64,000 nt of DNA, from NCBI GenBank assembly GCA_963828255.1, contig CAWHDZ010000003.1, positions 1 through 64,000 of the forward strand, read 5' to 3'. Positions within the stretch are counted from its first letter, which is position 1, and each line of letters starts with the position of its first letter. The DNA comes from an uncultured delta proteobacterium. GTDB taxonomy: Bacteria > Myxococcota > Myxococcia > Myxococcales > Anaeromyxobacteraceae. The translations under genes and the position numbers were made by a program. Below the pieces are notes generated by a model. The model was not told the origin of the DNA, made no database searches, and worked only from the letters and a program-made list of their open reading frames with translations. Shown one piece after another: positions 1 through 10,209 of the stretch.

Positions 1-527
1 TTCATCTTCTGCAGCCCTTCCTTCCAGCACGGGATGCCGTCGGCCAGCGGCGCCACCACCGCGCCGCCCTGCTTGCGGGAGGAGTCGAACATGGCGCCGT
101 CGGGCAGCTTGCCGTCGTACTCGACCTTCACCCGGTCGGCGGGGGTGGGACACGCGCCCGTCCCCTCCACGGCCGGGATGTAGATGAGACCGGAAGGGGA
201 GCGGACGGCCCCCTTCTCCTTGGCGAAGTGGACGAGCGCGGCGCGGCTCCGGTCGCCGTACGAGGCCGCGGCGAGCTCGTTCACCTTGGTGCGGTAGACC
301 GACATGTCCACCTGGATCTTCCTGTTCAGCACGGAGTCCGACAGCCCGCGCTGCACCACCGCCAGCTCCTCCGGCTTCAGGTTGAAGACCTTGAAGCTGT
401 CCGAGGCGGCGACGCCCAGGGCGTAGAGGGTCTTCTCCCGTTCGGTCTTGAGCTCGGGAGCCTTGGCCGGAGCCGTGGCCGCCGGCGTCGCGGAGAGAGC
501 GAGGAGGAGCAGGGCGGTGGCGGTCAT
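1..527 (-). CDS. FKBP-type peptidyl-prolyl isomerase (FkpA/Mip-like), 3' end runs off the window
   Basis: Own translation from ATG at 527: MTATALLLALSA...KTLYALG...SGLIY...DRVKVEYDGKLPDGAMFDSS...IPCWKEGLQKMK. Signal peptide, FKBP_N and FKBP_C motifs. Confidence 0.9.
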   Translation of the reverse strand, partial: MTATALLLLALSATPAATAPAKAPELKTEREKTLYALGVAASDSFKVFNLKPEELAVVQRGLSDSVLNRKIQVDMSVYRTKVNELAAASYGDRSRAALVHFAKEKGAVRSPSGLIYIPAVEGTGACPTPADRVKVEYDGKLPDGAMFDSSRKQGGAVVAPLADGIPCWKEGLQKM

Positions 528-528
528 G

Positions 529-1470
529 TCACTTTCCGGCGGGTGCGGGTGCGGGGGTACCGGGCGTCACGCCCAGCAGCTCGACCTTGAAGACCAGGGT
601 GGCGTTGGGCGGGATGGCGCCGGGGGCGCCGCGCTCGCCGTAGGCGATGGAGGGCGGGCAGACCAGCGTGGCCTCGCCGCCGATCTTCATCTTCTGGACG
701 CCCTCGGTCCAGCAGGGGATGACCTGGTTCAGGCCGAACTCGATGGGCTGGCCGCGCTTGTAGGAGCTGTCGAAGACGGTGCCGTCCATCAGCTTGCCCT
801 CGTAGTTCACCTTCACCTTGTCGGTGGCGGCGGGCGAGGCGCCCGTGCCGGCCCGGACCGGGATGAAGATGAGCCCCGAGGCCGACTTCACGGCGCCCGG
901 CTTGGCGGCGTACTCGGCGGCGGCGGTGCCCTCCTTGGCCTTGCGGGCGTCGCCGGCGGCCGCGACCTTGGCCTTGGCGAAGTCCTGGACCTTGGGCTCG
1001 TAGGCGGCGATGTCGACGGCCGACTTCTTCCCGGCGAGCGTGTCGGCCATGCCCTTCTCCATCATGCCGACCTGGGCAGGGGAGAGGGAGAGGTCGGTGA
1101 GGTTCTTCGAGGCCAGCACGCCGAGCGCGTAGAGCGTCTTCTGGTCGGGCTTGACCTTCGGGGCCGCGGCCTTGGCGTCCTTCTGCTCCGGCTGGCCGGG
1201 GTGGGCCGGCATGTAGGCCTTCAGGAACTCCTGGACCTTGGGGGTCTGCTTCTCCATGTCCACGGTGAGCTTCTTGCCGGTGAGGGAGTCGGTCATGCCG
1301 ACCTGGACCTGCTTCACCTGGTCCGCGTTGAGCTTGAAGTCCTTGAAGTTGCGGGAGACCAGGGCGCCGAGCGCGTACATGGTCTTGTCGTCCTCGGTCT
1401 TCGGCTCCGGAACGGCCGCGAAGGCCGGGACCGAGAGGGCGAGCAGCGCTGCGGCGACGATGATTCTCAT
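529..1470 (-). CDS. FKBP-type PPIase with two tandem N-terminal (FKBP_N-like) helical repeats
   Basis: VKVNYEGKLMDGTVFDSS, VIPCWTEGVQKM, AYGERG, IPPNATLVFKVELL. Segments KTMYALG... and KTLYALG... are repeated. Confidence 0.93.
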   Translation of the reverse strand: MRIIVAAALLALSVPAFAAVPEPKTEDDKTMYALGALVSRNFKDFKLNADQVKQVQVGMTDSLTGKKLTVDMEKQTPKVQEFLKAYMPAHPGQPEQKDAKAAAPKVKPDQKTLYALGVLASKNLTDLSLSPAQVGMMEKGMADTLAGKKSAVDIAAYEPKVQDFAKAKVAAAGDARKAKEGTAAAEYAAKPGAVKSASGLIFIPVRAGTGASPAATDKVKVNYEGKLMDGTVFDSSYKRGQPIEFGLNQVIPCWTEGVQKMKIGGEATLVCPPSIAYGERGAPGAIPPNATLVFKVELLGVTPGTPAPAPAGK

Positions 1471-1536
1471 GAGTTCTCCTTCAGGGTTTCGAGGTGTTTA
1501 CCCCGAAACCGGGCGGACCGGAAGTGGGTGGTTCGA

Positions 1537-3431
<1,895 letters not shown>

Positions 3432-3557
3432 GGTTGGCGGTCCTTTCGGAGGCAACGTAACAAACGGGCCGGGGCTCGAACAAACGCCTTCCGGGGCGGG
3501 AGCTTGACGCAGTGCGGCGATCTCGACCCGGGTATGTCGGGAAGATATGCTCGGTTC

Positions 3558-4508
3558 GTGATCAAGCCGCCAGCCTTGAAGAGGGGAGACGTGGTCCGGA
3601 TCGTGGCCCCGTCCGGCCCCTTCGACCCGGAAGCCTTCGAGAAGGGGCTCGGGGTGATGCGGGACCGGCTCGGGCTGGTACCGCGGATGCGGGATGACAT
3701 CGTGGCCCGGGACGGCTACCTGGCCGGGGACGACGCCCGGAGGCTGGCCGAGTGGCACGAGGCGGCCAGCGACCCGGAGGCCCGGGCGGTCTGGTGCGCC
3801 CGGGGGGGATACGGGGCCATGCGGCTCCTGCCGCGCCTCGAGGCGGCGCGCATCTTCCACCCGCCCAAGATCTTCGTCGGCTTCAGCGACATCACCGCGC
3901 TGCACGTCCTCCTGAACCGCAACGGCCTGGTCACCGTGCACGGGCCGGTGGTGACCCAGCTGGGGAGGCTCGGGCCGGAGGCCATCGACCACCTGGAGGG
4001 GCTGCTCTTCGGGGGTGCGCCGCCGCTCGCCGACCGGCGCGCGCCGGTGCCGCCGCCCGGGCGGGGGGTGCTGGCCCGCACCACGCTGCGGCCGGGGATG
4101 GCCTCCGGGCAGCTCCTCGGCGGGTCGCTCACCGTGCTCTCCCACCTCTGCGGGACCCGCTGGCAGCCCCGCTTCGCCGGCGCGGTGCTCTTCCTGGAGG
4201 ACGTGGGGGAGCGCCCCTACCGCATCGACCGGATGCTCACCCAGCTGCGCCTCTCCGGCGCGCTCGACCGGGTGGCAGGCATCGCCATCGGGCAGTTCAC
4301 CCAGTGTGACGACCCCGAGCTGGAGGGCGTCGAGGTGGTGCGGAGGGTGGCGTGGGATCTCGGCGTGCCCACCGTCGAGGGGGTGCCGGCCGGGCACGAG
4401 GACGACAACTTCGCCATGCCGCTCGGGTCGATGGTGACGGTGGTGGCGCCGGCCCAGCCCGAGGAGGGGCCTCCCCGGCTCACCTTCGAGCAGGGCGCGA
4501 CGACATGA
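3558..4508 (+). CDS. ldcA: LD-carboxypeptidase (peptidase S66, LdcA-like)
   Basis: ARGGYGAMRLL, GFSDITALH, LFLEDVGE and GH catalytic motifs. GTG start inferred. Confidence 0.88.
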   Translation: MIKPPALKRGDVVRIVAPSGPFDPEAFEKGLGVMRDRLGLVPRMRDDIVARDGYLAGDDARRLAEWHEAASDPEARAVWCARGGYGAMRLLPRLEAARIFHPPKIFVGFSDITALHVLLNRNGLVTVHGPVVTQLGRLGPEAIDHLEGLLFGGAPPLADRRAPVPPPGRGVLARTTLRPGMASGQLLGGSLTVLSHLCGTRWQPRFAGAVLFLEDVGERPYRIDRMLTQLRLSGALDRVAGIAIGQFTQCDDPELEGVEVVRRVAWDLGVPTVEGVPAGHEDDNFAMPLGSMVTVVAPAQPEEGPPRLTFEQGATT

Positions 4509-5683
4509 GCTTCCCGTTCGCGGTCCCGCCGGGAGTGGCCCCGGCGTGGGACGCGGTCGTGCTGCGGGGCGGCGTGGTGGTTCACGCCTCGTCCGGGGGA
4601 ACGGCGACGCCGGGCGAGACGCCGGCGCCTGGTGCGCCACCATTGCTCTTCGACGTGTCGTCCCTCACCAAGGTGATGGCGACCGGGACCCTCACCGCAC
4701 TCCTCGTGAAGGAGGGGCGGATCCGGCTCGACGCCCCGGTGGTGGAGTGGCTCCCGCGCTTCCGGGGCGGGGGCAAGGAGCGGGTGACGGTCCGGCAGCT
4801 CCTGGCCCACTCGAGCGGGCTCCCCTGGTGGCGCCCCTGGTTCGAGCGGGCCATGGCCGACCCGGTGGCGGGCCAGGCGTTCCTCCCGCCGGCGGAGCGT
4901 CCCGGCGACCTCGCGTCGGCCTTCGGGCGGGGGAGGCAGGTCGTGGCCGAGGCGCTCTGGGAGGAGCCGCTGGAGGTGGATCCCGGGACGCGGGCCCTGT
5001 ACGGCGACCTGGCCTTCCAGGCGCTGGGACTGCTCGTGGAAGCAGCGGCGGGGGCGCCGCTCGACCGGCTCTTCGCGGAGCGGGTGGCGGCGCCGATGGG
5101 GCTCGCCGACACCTTCTTCGTCGGGGAGGGGCGGCTCGCGGCCGGGCAGGGGCCCTGTACCGGACGGCGGTACGCGCCGACCGAGAGGTGCCCGCACCGG
5201 GGCGAGGTGAACCAGGGCACGGTGAACGACGACAACGCCTGGGCCGTGGGGGGCGTGGCTGGCCACGCCGGGCTCTTCTCGACGGCGGGGAACGTGGCCC
5301 GGCTCGGGCAGGAGTGGCTCCTGGCGCTGGAGGGTCGCGGGCGGATCCTCGACGCCAAGGTCGCGCGGGAGTTCGCGCGGCGCGACCCCACGCCGGGGAG
5401 CGAGCGGGCGCTGGCCTGGGACACGCCGAGCGCGCCGGGGTCGGCGCCGGGGTCGGCGCCGGGGTCGGCGGTGACGTCCTCGATCGGGTCGGTGCTGGGA
5501 CGGGGACCGCTTGGCGCGATCGGCCACCTGGGCTACACGGGGTGCTCCCTGTGGATCGACCGGGACCGGCAGATGGTCTGCGCGCTGCTCACGAACCACG
5601 TCTTCCCGGGGGGCCGGCGGCCGGCCGAGATCCTGGCCGTGCGGCAGGCCTTCCACGACGCGGCGGCGAGGGCGGTGGGGTGA
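4505..5683 (+). CDS. Serine hydrolase, beta-lactamase/AmpC-like family
   Basis: SxxK (SLTK), LLAHSSGL, YGD, GHAGLFS, GHLGYTG. Start overlaps the upstream stop (ATGA). Confidence 0.88.
   Translation: MSFPFAVPPGVAPAWDAVVLRGGVVVHASSGGTATPGETPAPGAPPLLFDVSSLTKVMATGTLTALLVKEGRIRLDAPVVEWLPRFRGGGKERVTVRQLLAHSSGLPWWRPWFERAMADPVAGQAFLPPAERPGDLASAFGRGRQVVAEALWEEPLEVDPGTRALYGDLAFQALGLLVEAAAGAPLDRLFAERVAAPMGLADTFFVGEGRLAAGQGPCTGRRYAPTERCPHRGEVNQGTVNDDNAWAVGGVAGHAGLFSTAGNVARLGQEWLLALEGRGRILDAKVAREFARRDPTPGSERALAWDTPSAPGSAPGSAPGSAVTSSIGSVLGRGPLGAIGHLGYTGCSLWIDRDRQMVCALLTNHVFPGGRRPAEILAVRQAFHDAAARAVG
5433..5470 (+). repeat. 12-bp in-frame tandem repeat x3 (APGS)
   Basis: GCGCCGGGGTCG repeated three times inside the hydrolase gene. 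Confidence 0.8.
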
Positions 5684-5688
5684 GCGGG

Positions 5689-7146
5689 ATGGCGGACGCG
5701 GGCACGGTGGTGGACTGGAAGAAGGTCCGGCGGGTGCACCTCATCGGGGTGGCCGGGACGGGGATGGGCTCCTTCGCCGGGATGCTCAAGGCGGCGGGCT
5801 ACGAGGTGACCGGGTCGGACGAGAACGTCTATCCGCCCATGTCCACGCAGCTCGAGCGCTGGGGCATCGAGGCCATGCAGGGCTACCGGCCGGAGAACCT
5901 CGACCGGGCCCGGCCCGACGTGGTCGTCGTCGGCAACGTCGTGCGCGCCGTGAACCCCGAGGCCGCGGCCATGCGGGAGCGCAGGCTGCCCCACGTGTCG
6001 TTCCCGCAGGCCCTGGGGGAGCTCTTCATCGGCCCGCGCCACGGCGTCGTGGTGGTGGGGACCCACGGCAAGACCACCACCAGCGCCATGATGGGGTTCC
6101 TGCTGCACCACGCCGGGCGCGATCCGTCCTTCCTGGTGGGCGGGGTCACCCGCGACTTCGACTCCAACTTCCGGCTGGGCGAGGGGGAGGCCTTCGTCGT
6201 CGAGGGGGACGAGTACGACACCGCCTACTTCGACAAGGGGCCCAAGTTCCTGCACTACCGGCCCCGCACCGCCATCTTCACCTCGTGTGAACTGGATCAC
6301 GCCGACATCTACCGGGACGAGGCCCACTACGAGAGCGCCTTCGCGCGCTTCGTGGAGATCCTGCCGGCGGACGGGTTCCTGGCAGCCTGCTCGACGTGGG
6401 AGAGCGTGGTGGCCCTCGCGCGTGGCGCCCGCTGCCCGGTCGAGACCTACTCGGTGGAGCGGCCGGCCGACTGGGAGGCGCGCGGGCTCACGCTCTCCGC
6501 CGACGGGGCGCGCTTCCGGCTGGTGCGGGGCGGACGGGAGCTCGGGCCGGTGCGGCTCGCCGTGGGCGGGGCGCACAACGTGGAGAACGCGCTCGGGGTG
6601 GCCGCGGCGGCGACGCGGCTCGGGCTCACGTTCCAGGAGATCGCGGCGGGGCTGGAGGCCTTCCGGGGAGTGAAGCGGCGCCAGGAGGTGCGCGGCGTCG
6701 CGGGCGGGGTCACGGTGATCGACGACTTCGCCCACCATCCCACCGCGGTGGACCGGACGCTCGCCGCCATCCAGGGCTCGTACCCCGGGGCGCGCCTGCT
6801 CGTCGCCTTCGAGCCCCGATCCAACACGTCGCGCCGCAACCTGCACCAGGAGGAGTACGCGCGGAGCTTCGGCGCCGCGGCCGAGGTGTGGCTGCTGCGG
6901 CCTGCCGCGACCGACCGGGTGCCGGAGGCGGAGCGGCTCGACGTGGAGCGGCTCGCGGCCGAGGTCACTGCCCGCGGCGTGCCGGCCGCGGTGCGGGGAA
7001 CCGTGGAGGAGATCGTTGCCGACGTCGCCGCGCGGGCGAAGGCCGGGGACGTGGTGGTGGGGATGTCGAACGGGGCCTTCGGCGGGGTGTGGACGAAGGT
7101 GCTGGAGGCGATCGCCGGACGGTCGCCGCCGCGCCTCGGTGGGTGA
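5689..7146 (+). CDS. mpl: Murein peptide ligase Mpl (MurC family)
   Basis: HLIGVAGTGMGS, YPPMSTQL, GTHGKTTT, EGDEYDTAYFDKGPKFLHY, DDFAHHPTA, FEPRSNT. Confidence 0.9.
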   Translation: MADAGTVVDWKKVRRVHLIGVAGTGMGSFAGMLKAAGYEVTGSDENVYPPMSTQLERWGIEAMQGYRPENLDRARPDVVVVGNVVRAVNPEAAAMRERRLPHVSFPQALGELFIGPRHGVVVVGTHGKTTTSAMMGFLLHHAGRDPSFLVGGVTRDFDSNFRLGEGEAFVVEGDEYDTAYFDKGPKFLHYRPRTAIFTSCELDHADIYRDEAHYESAFARFVEILPADGFLAACSTWESVVALARGARCPVETYSVERPADWEARGLTLSADGARFRLVRGGRELGPVRLAVGGAHNVENALGVAAAATRLGLTFQEIAAGLEAFRGVKRRQEVRGVAGGVTVIDDFAHHPTAVDRTLAAIQGSYPGARLLVAFEPRSNTSRRNLHQEEYARSFGAAAEVWLLRPAATDRVPEAERLDVERLAAEVTARGVPAAVRGTVEEIVADVAARAKAGDVVVGMSNGAFGGVWTKVLEAIAGRSPPRLGG

Positions 7147-7559
7147 CGTCCAGCGCGGGCCGGCGCCCGGGGGCGGCCTCGTCTCCGCGCCGCTTGTCCT
7201 CGCGCCCCGGGGTACGCGTGGTCGCGGCGACAGGGTGACGCATCCGCCCCGAAGCCGCTCCATCTCGGGGTCTTCGGTCGTGGCGCTGCGGAGGCGGCGC
7301 CCGACGAGGCGCCCCGGGCGCCTGGCGGAGGGGCGTCACCGCGAGGCCCGCGGTCAGCGTCCGGCGTCGCTGGTGGGTGCGATCGCAGTCCGCGTTCACC
7401 ACCCGCAAACCGCCACCCGCGAGACGCCGATCGCGAGACGCCACCCGCAGCTCCCCACGAGGCGCGCTGTTCGCGTCGCCTTCGGCCTGGGCTTCCTCAG
7501 CCGGCGCGGGCGTCCCTCATAGCGCAGCCTCCGCAGCGGGCCAGCGTTCCCCGGGCTCG

Positions 7560-7591
7560 CCCTCTCCGCGAGGACAGCGAAGCGGAGAGGG
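7560..7591. terminator. Hairpin downstream of the cytochrome gene
   Basis: CCCTCTCCGC...GCGGAGAGGG 10-bp stem. No clear U-tract. Confidence 0.35.
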
Positions 7592-7644
7592 GCGTCCCAG
7601 CGCCCGGCGGCAGACGCCCTCCCGGAACGAAGGCGATCCGCCGC

Positions 7645-8664
7645 TCAGAGCGTGTGGCAGACCTTGCACATGGCGTTCCCGCCGATCTGCGCCTGCGTGC
7701 CCTTCCATCCCGGCGGGTGCGGATTCACGCGACCCGAGGTGTGGCACGCCACGCAGAGCGAATTCGCGCCCTGGTTGTGGCAGCCCGCGCAGGACAGGAT
7801 GTTCTGGCGCGCCGCCTGGCCGTGGACCGAGATCCAGCCGGAGGGGTGCGGGTCGCGGATCGAGGAGCCGCCCGGGGCGATCCCCTGGAAGGCGTGGCAA
7901 CTCTGGCAGTAGCCCGTGCCGTGGCACTTGGTGCAACTGTTCGGCTCGGCCCGCTGCTCGATGGCGTGACGGGCGATCCAGTCGCCGCGGTGGATGAAGT
8001 CGGACGTGACCTTCTCGGGGAACTGGATCGAGGGCGGCATCGGACGCGTCGTCGCGGTGTGGCACTGGGCGCACATGGTCTGATCGTGGCAGGAGGAGCA
8101 GGAGGCCACGGACGCCAGCGCCCACTTGCCGTGCGAGGCCAGGAAGTTGGCCTCGTGCGAGTAGTCCTTCACCGGCTTGGCGTACTTCTTGAGATCCGTG
8201 TGGCAGGGGGTGCAGCGCCCCACCGCGTAGTCCTGGGCGTGGTTGTGGCACGCGGTGCACGTCGACATGGTCGGCACCACCACCTCGAACGAGCCCGGCT
8301 CGGCGATCTTGGAGTGGCAGCCCTGGCACTCGTCCTTCACGCCCTTCTGGCGGGGGAGGTGGGCGGCATGGTCGAAGCGGACCGCCGCGGAGAAGCGCTG
8401 CACCGGCTTGTAGTCGGGGACGGGGTCGTGGCACGCGGCGCAGACCTCCGACTTGGTCGGGATCTGGACGTGGATGACGCCTTCCTTGAGGGCCGTGGCC
8501 TTCAGGATCGGCGCGTGGCAGTCCACGCAGGCCACCCCGGACTCGATGTGGATCCCGTGCGGGAACTTGTAGGGCTGCGGCGCCGCGGTCTCGGCCTTCA
8601 CGGCTGGCTTCTGGCAGCCGAAGGCGACGAGGACGAGGGGCAGGAGCAGGAGCCGGGGGTTCAT
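7645..8664 (-). CDS. Dodecaheme c-type cytochrome lipoprotein
   Basis: MNPRLLLLPLVLVAFG-C lipobox and 12 CxxCH motifs (CVDCH, CAACH, CQGCH, CTACH, CTPCH, CSSCH, CAQCH, CTKCH, CQSCH, CAGCH, CVACH, CKVCH). Confidence 0.93.
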   Translation of the reverse strand: MNPRLLLLPLVLVAFGCQKPAVKAETAAPQPYKFPHGIHIESGVACVDCHAPILKATALKEGVIHVQIPTKSEVCAACHDPVPDYKPVQRFSAAVRFDHAAHLPRQKGVKDECQGCHSKIAEPGSFEVVVPTMSTCTACHNHAQDYAVGRCTPCHTDLKKYAKPVKDYSHEANFLASHGKWALASVASCSSCHDQTMCAQCHTATTRPMPPSIQFPEKVTSDFIHRGDWIARHAIEQRAEPNSCTKCHGTGYCQSCHAFQGIAPGGSSIRDPHPSGWISVHGQAARQNILSCAGCHNQGANSLCVACHTSGRVNPHPPGWKGTQAQIGGNAMCKVCHTL

Positions 8665-10052
8665 TCGTACACCTCGCGGAACCGGTACGACGCGTTGTAG
8701 GTGAGCTTGACGAGCCCGTTCACGTAGCTCGTGTAGTAGGGCGTGGAGCCGCCCTGCATGGCGCCGACGACCGCGAAGCCGCCGCCGACGTCGTAGCCGA
8801 GCGTGGCCGATCCGATGATCGACTGCGACACGGCGTTCACCGCCTGGTCGAACCAGTAGCCCTGGAAGTCCAGCGTGCCGGTGAAGCCGTAGGCCTTCAT
8901 CGAGCCGAAGGCGCGCGCCTGCCAGTAGCCGGACCCCGGCAGGATCTGGGTGCTCGTCCCGCCGCTGGTCACCGTGTAGGCCGGCTGGAAGAGGCGCGAT
9001 CCCTCCGCGCCCACGGCCGAGGTCTTGCTGGGCCGCCAGGTGGCGCGGAGGATCACGCGGTCCCCGGAGGTGTCCGAGCTTCCCGCCGCGGTCCAGGAGG
9101 CGAAGATGCGCCGGTAGGCGGCCTCGATGTCGATGGGGGCCTTCACCTTGAACTGCTCCAGGCCGACCTTCGCGCTGACGCCGGCGTACTGGGAGGTGTT
9201 GTCGGCGAAGACCCAGAGAATGGAGTTGTAGGGGAGGGAGAGCGACGGCACCGAGTAGGTGTATTCGCCGGTGAACTGGAGGTGCGGGGTGACGGGGAAG
9301 ATCAGGCTCACGTTGGAGTCGGCGATCTGCGTCCCGGTGAAGTAGTTGCTCGCGAAGAGGCTCCAGTCCACGTATCCGAGCAGGTACATCCAGGACACCG
9401 GCGAGAAGCGGAGGTCGAGGGCGATGTTCTCGCGGGTGGAGGCCCCGCTGTCCCAGGCGAACGCGGCCGAGATGCCGGTGTTGATCCAGGTGGTCCAGGC
9501 GAAGCCGACCCGGCCGCCCACGGCCAGGTTGCCGATGGTGGGGTTGGCCGAGAAGACGCTTCCGTAGGCGGTGAAGCGCTGGGTGGTGGGGAGGCCGACG
9601 TAGGCGTCCACGGTGACCATCTTGTGGATGGCCACGTGGAAGGACCCGCCGTCGAGCTGGAGCATCCGCGCGTTGCCGTAGCCCACGGTCTGCCGGCCCA
9701 GCGTGACCTGGAGCTGGTTCTGGAGGAAGCGCCCCTGGACCCAGGCCTGGTTCAGGTCGGCGCTCATCGCGCCGCTGTTGGTGTAGCCGTTCCACCAGGG
9801 GTTGTCGCCGAGGTTGGCGGCGCCCCAGCCGTCCACCTGGAAGTAGAGCTGCCCTCCCGGGATGGCGACCTCGCGTCCGGTGAGGGTCAGGAGCTCGTAG
9901 AGCGGGACGACGTTGGTGGTCTCCCCGTTGCGCCACTGCGATTGAACGTTGAGCTGCGTGTTGGAGTAGACCTCCAACTCGCTCGCGTGGCCGGCCGTGG
10001 GGGCGAGGAGCGTCGCCGCGGCGAGTGCTGCGATGCCGAGCCTGATTCTCAT
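8661..10052 (-). CDS. Putative outer-membrane beta-barrel (porin) partner of the cytochrome
   Basis: Signal peptide (AGHA) and alternating aromatic/hydrophobic beta-strand pattern. Its stop overlaps the cytochrome start. Start may be 10064. Confidence 0.75.
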   Translation of the reverse strand: MRIRLGIAALAAATLLAPTAGHASELEVYSNTQLNVQSQWRNGETTNVVPLYELLTLTGREVAIPGGQLYFQVDGWGAANLGDNPWWNGYTNSGAMSADLNQAWVQGRFLQNQLQVTLGRQTVGYGNARMLQLDGGSFHVAIHKMVTVDAYVGLPTTQRFTAYGSVFSANPTIGNLAVGGRVGFAWTTWINTGISAAFAWDSGASTRENIALDLRFSPVSWMYLLGYVDWSLFASNYFTGTQIADSNVSLIFPVTPHLQFTGEYTYSVPSLSLPYNSILWVFADNTSQYAGVSAKVGLEQFKVKAPIDIEAAYRRIFASWTAAGSSDTSGDRVILRATWRPSKTSAVGAEGSRLFQPAYTVTSGGTSTQILPGSGYWQARAFGSMKAYGFTGTLDFQGYWFDQAVNAVSQSIIGSATLGYDVGGGFAVVGAMQGGSTPYYTSYVNGLVKLTYNASYRFREVYE

Positions 10053-10209
10053 GAGGGCTTCCATCCCGGTTCGGGTCGTTTTCCACAGAGGCGCGTCCCG
10101 TCACCCGGACGGGGCGCGCTCGACCCGATCGCATACCGCAACCGGCGGGATTTTGACAGTCGTTGTCGCGTGGGCAAGTGACAGGATCGCCTCCGCCGGC
10201 CGGGAGACC

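Noticed and set aside
7147..7644. Possible gene remnant or ncRNA in the 500-bp gap (RDRRL..GGLRV resembles a DUF559 tail)
   Set aside because: The similarity is too short and no coherent ORF or RNA family signature was recognisable.
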